NCBI RefSeq assembly: GCF_006345805.1
Contig: NW_021832430.1
Coordinates: 465,001-498,000 of the forward strand
Length of the DNA stretch: 33,000 nt
Direction of reading: 5' to 3'
Source: Octopus sinensis
Lineage: Eukaryota
The position numbers and the translations under genes were made by a program. Of the stretch, positions 31,688 through 33,000 are shown in pieces. Numbering within the stretch: the stretch's first letter is position 1; each line of letters begins with the position of its first letter. Under the pieces are notes generated by a model that was not told the origin of the DNA, did not search any database, and saw only the letters and a list, made by a program, of their open reading frames with translations.

Positions 31688-33000
31688 TATTCTACTTAGG
31701 AGGTCCAGGAAAAGCACAAAATTTTGAGCGAAAAAGAATCACCCTGCACGATCCATTTCTCCACTTTCATTTTACCAATCTCTTTTTAAATTAAATCTCA
31801 GCTTGATCTTCCATTTCATGATAAGTCCCTTTATAAAATCCACGATCCTACGAGGGAGGCCGAAGTTATCGAGGAATTGGTATAAAAATCGTGGTCGACA
31901 GAGTCAAATGCGTTTTTTTACATCAGCCCACACAGAAGTCAGGTTATTCCCCTATTGTTAATGAATAAATTGGTTGAGCAATGCCTGCTCTTTGGCTCCT
32001 TGGCATATTATTCTCGTCCCCAATTGATTGTCGCTGATCAAATTGTATGCTTCAGTGTAGTCCGTCAATTGTTGTTCACACATTTAGTTACAAGTTTATA
32101 TAGATTTAGCATGCAAGTAATCGGCCTCTGGTCCTTGGATTAGTCACAAATTTCTTTTTGAAACAAGACGGCCAATTCCACTGAGAAACCACTCATCAGG
32201 TGTGTACTTTCCATATATGATCTCCGCGACTTTTTCAGGAAAAAAATTGTATGTGCCATCACATCCACAGGTTTTCCAATTTGGCAGCTGGCTAATAATT
32301 TCAATAACGGTGTCTTTTCCCAAATCAGCAGTTTTGTCTTAAAGACCAGATAAAATCGAGTCCGACACAGACTCTTGTTTTACTTAAACACTCTCCCAGA
32401 ATGAGAGACACTGACTCTGGTCAAACATAAACTTCGTATTCTTCTTTTTCTCAGTCAAGTTTCTGTAAAACTGCCTTTGGTTAAGTTCAAAACACATATT
32501 GTCCCTCCGGAATTTTTTTTGTTTATGGGTCGCCAGTTTTTTCCACAATTTTTGCCTCATTTTGGATACAGGTGACAACTCTAAACAAGTCTTCTTTTTT
32601 GGCCTTCCGATATCCATATTGGCTCAAACTGTCTCTGAATTTGTGGCTGAATGATTTGCTCGTTTTGTCATTATTAGTTAGTGGTGTGACTAACTCGAGT
32701 TCCATCCTATTTTTGTCAACCTTTGCGTGCATAATTCAGATTCACTTCGTTTACTGACGCCATGGGTCAGTGCGTCATATTGTCGGTGGGCAGCATAAAA
32801 GATGTCAGCAATGTCATTGAGATTAGCCGGTCGATTTGCTTTCATAAATTCCCCAATAAAGGGATTTATACCAGTCAAAATTTCTTTATCAAGAAGCTGA
32901 TAGAAAACTTTCCTAGTTAAACTCAATTGAGTAATTTCTAAAGAAGAAATTTCAGTTTTGGAAGACATATTTGTTGGGTTATGACCAGACAGAAATTATT

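Larger units (their letters stand above)
28545..33000 (-). mobile_element. Degenerate R4/Dong-like RLE-type non-LTR retrotransposon, interrupted by a pogo element
   Basis: LPNWKTCGCDG, QRPITCMLNLYKLVT, DNQLG, QGAKEQAL, DVKNAFDSVDH, QGDS, NHLLFMDDLK, YRYLGV, and the endonuclease region NKPDIFVYD...LIDVGI...EKVYKY. Many stops and frameshifts; continues past the right edge. Confidence 0.88.

Noticed and set aside
1-33000. Prokaryotic or viral systems (CRISPR, defence islands, operons), rRNA/tRNA genes, or an alternative genetic code
   Set aside because: All conserved genes splice into intact standard-code frames; no such arrays or RNA genes were visible.

Overview
AT-rich eukaryotic (metazoan) genomic DNA from a very compact genome with miniature spliceosomal introns, mostly 23-29 nt. 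These fragment the ORF track and hide several genes from it entirely. Manual splicing recovers eleven recognisable genes: a synaptophysin-family protein, IST1, MRPS17, AP-3 mu, AARSD1, Tousled-like kinase, RFT1, RNASEH2C, Arp3, HMG20 and CCT6. There is also an intronless minimal FoxA/B-like gene. The genes are interspersed with decayed mobile elements: three APE-type LINE fragments, two CRE-like retrotransposon fragments, a Merlin/IS1595-like transposase remnant and an R4/Dong-like RLE retrotransposon. A complete 1937-bp pogo/Tigger DNA transposon (23-bp TIRs, TA duplication) is nested in the RT domain of the last of these, and its transposase carries a host-sized 25-nt intron. Micro-introns plus fast-evolving animal genes suggest a reduced parasite such as a myxozoan or dicyemid; this is inference and cannot be settled from this window. 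I found no CRISPR array, rRNA or tRNA, and no clear-cut new multi-gene system. The strongest leads concern micro-intron splicing (GC-AG introns, two introns exactly one base out of frame, the intron-bearing transposon). Gene names come from recalled motif similarity, not database searches.
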